From NCBI GenBank assembly GCA_963841015.1, contig CAWJAX010000004.1, forward strand, positions 64,001-128,000: a DNA stretch of 64,000 bases, read 5' to 3'. Origin of the DNA: an uncultured Methanoregulaceae archaeon (GTDB lineage Archaea; Halobacteriota; Methanomicrobia; Methanomicrobiales; Methanospirillaceae). A program made the translations under genes and the position numbers. Below, piece after piece: positions 62,400-64,000 of the stretch (its first letter is position 1; every line of letters begins with the position of its first letter). The notes beneath the pieces were generated by a model. The model did no database searches and was not told the DNA's origin. It was given only the letters and a program-made list of their open reading frames with translations.

Positions 62400-62939
62400 A
62401 TGAGATGGTTGTGCATCCTGATAATCACGCTTGCGTTCCTCGGGGCTTTTGTAATGCCCGTTGCAGCAGCAACAAAACTCACCATCTCTGCATCACCGCA
62501 TCAGGCGCGAATCGGCGATACCATCACCATGAACGGCACAGTGTCGGGCATTACCACGATTGCCGTATATCTCTTTGTGATAGGCCCCGATCTTGATACC
62601 CGGGGAGTGACCCTTGATAATCTCAATATCCCTGCGGGAAGGGGATTATTTACAACTGCACCAGTAAAGCTGAACGATGGCAGCTGGACATATACCTGGG
62701 ATACATCGGTGATTCTTGGAGACATGAAACCAGGAAAATATACCGTATACGTGGTAAGCTCCCCTCTCGATCGCTCTCGATATGCCCGGGAAGATTTTGC
62801 AACAGCAGAAATCGAGTTTCTCCCTTCGGACAAAACTGCGGCTGAAACACCACTCGAACCTGCTATACCGGTTATCGCTGTGGGATTGGGAGCCGTACTG
62901 GGACTTTGTTCGTTCCGGATGCAGGGAAAAAGGAAATAG
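62400..62939 (+). CDS. Exported hypothetical protein with C-terminal membrane anchor
   Basis: Signal peptide, beta-rich body, TPLEP-TM-KRK tail. Confidence 0.75.
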   Translation: MRWLCILIITLAFLGAFVMPVAAATKLTISASPHQARIGDTITMNGTVSGITTIAVYLFVIGPDLDTRGVTLDNLNIPAGRGLFTTAPVKLNDGSWTYTWDTSVILGDMKPGKYTVYVVSSPLDRSRYAREDFATAEIEFLPSDKTAAETPLEPAIPVIAVGLGAVLGLCSFRMQGKRK

Positions 62940-62940
62940 T

Positions 62941-63149
62941 GACTCTGGAGAAATGCTCAATTAAAAGCATACGCTGGAAGGGGTTTCACCCCCGCCGCTG
63001 TGGCTCCCCCAATACAATAATCCCCCCGAACAGGTGCTCCGTCATCATCGCAAAGCGCAGGGGCGGTATGAGGGGACAGGCACGGTCCCCTCCGTGATCA
63101 TACCAACATCTTGAATTTCATATCAATGGAAAAGGAATTCTCCAGAGCC
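62941..63149 (+). mobile_element. MITE-like repeat family 1, copy E (209 bp, intact TIRs, 8-bp TSD)
   Basis: TIRs GACTCTGGAGAAATGC / GGAATTCTCCAGAGCC; direct repeat GAAATAGT at 62933-62940 and 63150-63157. Confidence 0.9.
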
Positions 63150-63250
63150 GAAATAGTAGCGGTTTTTAAAGTGGATTGTAGAACTTTTTTTCTGAATTTT
63201 ATATCTTTGCAGGATCTTTAAAAAAATCAATTAAAAAACATTAATTCGAT

Positions 63251-63367
63251 GGAGTTCCGGTTCAGGGCCTCTCATAGGCACTGTGGACAGGGATGTGTAA
63301 TTTTTTTTTAATTTTTTGGTTACCAATCCGCGACGGGGGCGCCCCTTTGGGGGTGGCAGTATTCATC
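63251..63367 (+). repeat. Intergenic repeat family 3, copy 3
   Basis: TTCCGGTTCAGGGCCT...GGCACTGTGGACAGGG-T-tract-GGTTACCAATCCGCGACGGGGGCGCCCCTTTGGGGGTGGC. Confidence 0.65.
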
Positions 63368-63420
63368 ATATTCGATGAACAGACGGGTGACAATTCTCAA
63401 ATCGAAGGAAAAAAATTCAA

Positions 63421-63668
63421 GGTAATTACTCAATAAAGACCACCTTGAATCTGTACTATTATGGAAAAAATTCAAAGAATCTCATCTATTTTTAAATTTA
63501 AAGACGTTCCTGGGGGCTTCGCCCCCGCCACTGGGGCATCCCCCACATTGCGATAACTCTGTATTACCTAATCTCTTGAAATATTCCGAATTTTCTTGAT
63601 CGGCCGCTAATTTATGAGGAATATCAAGCGTAGGAAAAATTTTTTGTGGCGCCAAATGACGAATCGCC
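63421..63668 (+). mobile_element. MITE-like repeat family 2, copy 2 (248 bp)
   Basis: Reverse complement of 50294-50541 with scattered substitutions. Confidence 0.85.
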
Positions 63669-63710
63669 AAAAAGAATATTTCAAAATCAAATCCAGCTCT
63701 TTTCTTTATC

Positions 63711-64000
63711 TTAACACTGCCGGCGGATCTTTACAGACTGGGCATGGGCATGCAGACCTTCTGCTTCTGCAATCGTCTCTACAATATCCCCGATTGCCTC
63801 AAGACCGGTCTTATCGATCATCTCAACCGATGCGGTCTTGCAGAAGTGCGCAACATCAAGTCCGGAATACATCTTTGAATACCCAGCAGTTGGCAGGACG
63901 TGGTTTGTACCAACAGCATAATCCCCGCAGGCAACGGCAGAGTATCTGCCAACAAAAATTGCACCGGCGTTTTTCACCCGGGTGACAACCGACAGGGGAT
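63711..64000 (-). CDS. hisD: Histidinol dehydrogenase, 5'-partial
   Basis: NAGAIFVG, GDYAVGTNHVLPT and AEGLHAHA motifs. Confidence 0.93.
   Translation of the reverse strand, partial: PLSVVTRVKNAGAIFVGRYSAVACGDYAVGTNHVLPTAGYSKMYSGLDVAHFCKTASVEMIDKTGLEAIGDIVETIAEAEGLHAHAQSVKIRRQC

Overview
Gene-dense chromosomal window from a methanogenic archaeon, most likely Methanomicrobiales (Methanoregula-like). The assignment is inferred from the YcaO/TfuA pair, DUF1890/DUF1894, an archaeal histone, radA, fen, dph5 and a presenilin homologue. Most genes are housekeeping: amino-acid and nucleotide biosynthesis (leuCDB, dapL-lysA, hisCDE, argD, pyrG, guaA), lipid carrier synthesis, DNA repair, Fe/K transport, oxidative stress (rubredoxin-fprA-dfx) and a 2-oxoacid:ferredoxin oxidoreductase. 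Unusual content: (1) a three-gene nitrogenase-like (NifH + two short NifD/K-like) operon that matches neither canonical Nif nor the CfbD N-terminus; (2) at least three families of short, non-coding, GC-hairpin-rich intergenic repeats (MITE-like; one copy has TIRs and an 8-bp target duplication), two of which share a structured core; (3) an AT-rich NadE-paralogue/acyl-carrier-protein pair; (4) two candidate defence-type modules (ABC-ATPase + TOPRIM-like; GT2-TPR-BrxD-like ATPase); (5) five apparent single-base insertions in otherwise intact genes, probably assembly errors. No rRNA, tRNA, CRISPR array or transposase was seen. All assignments come from motif recognition by eye; no database searches were run.
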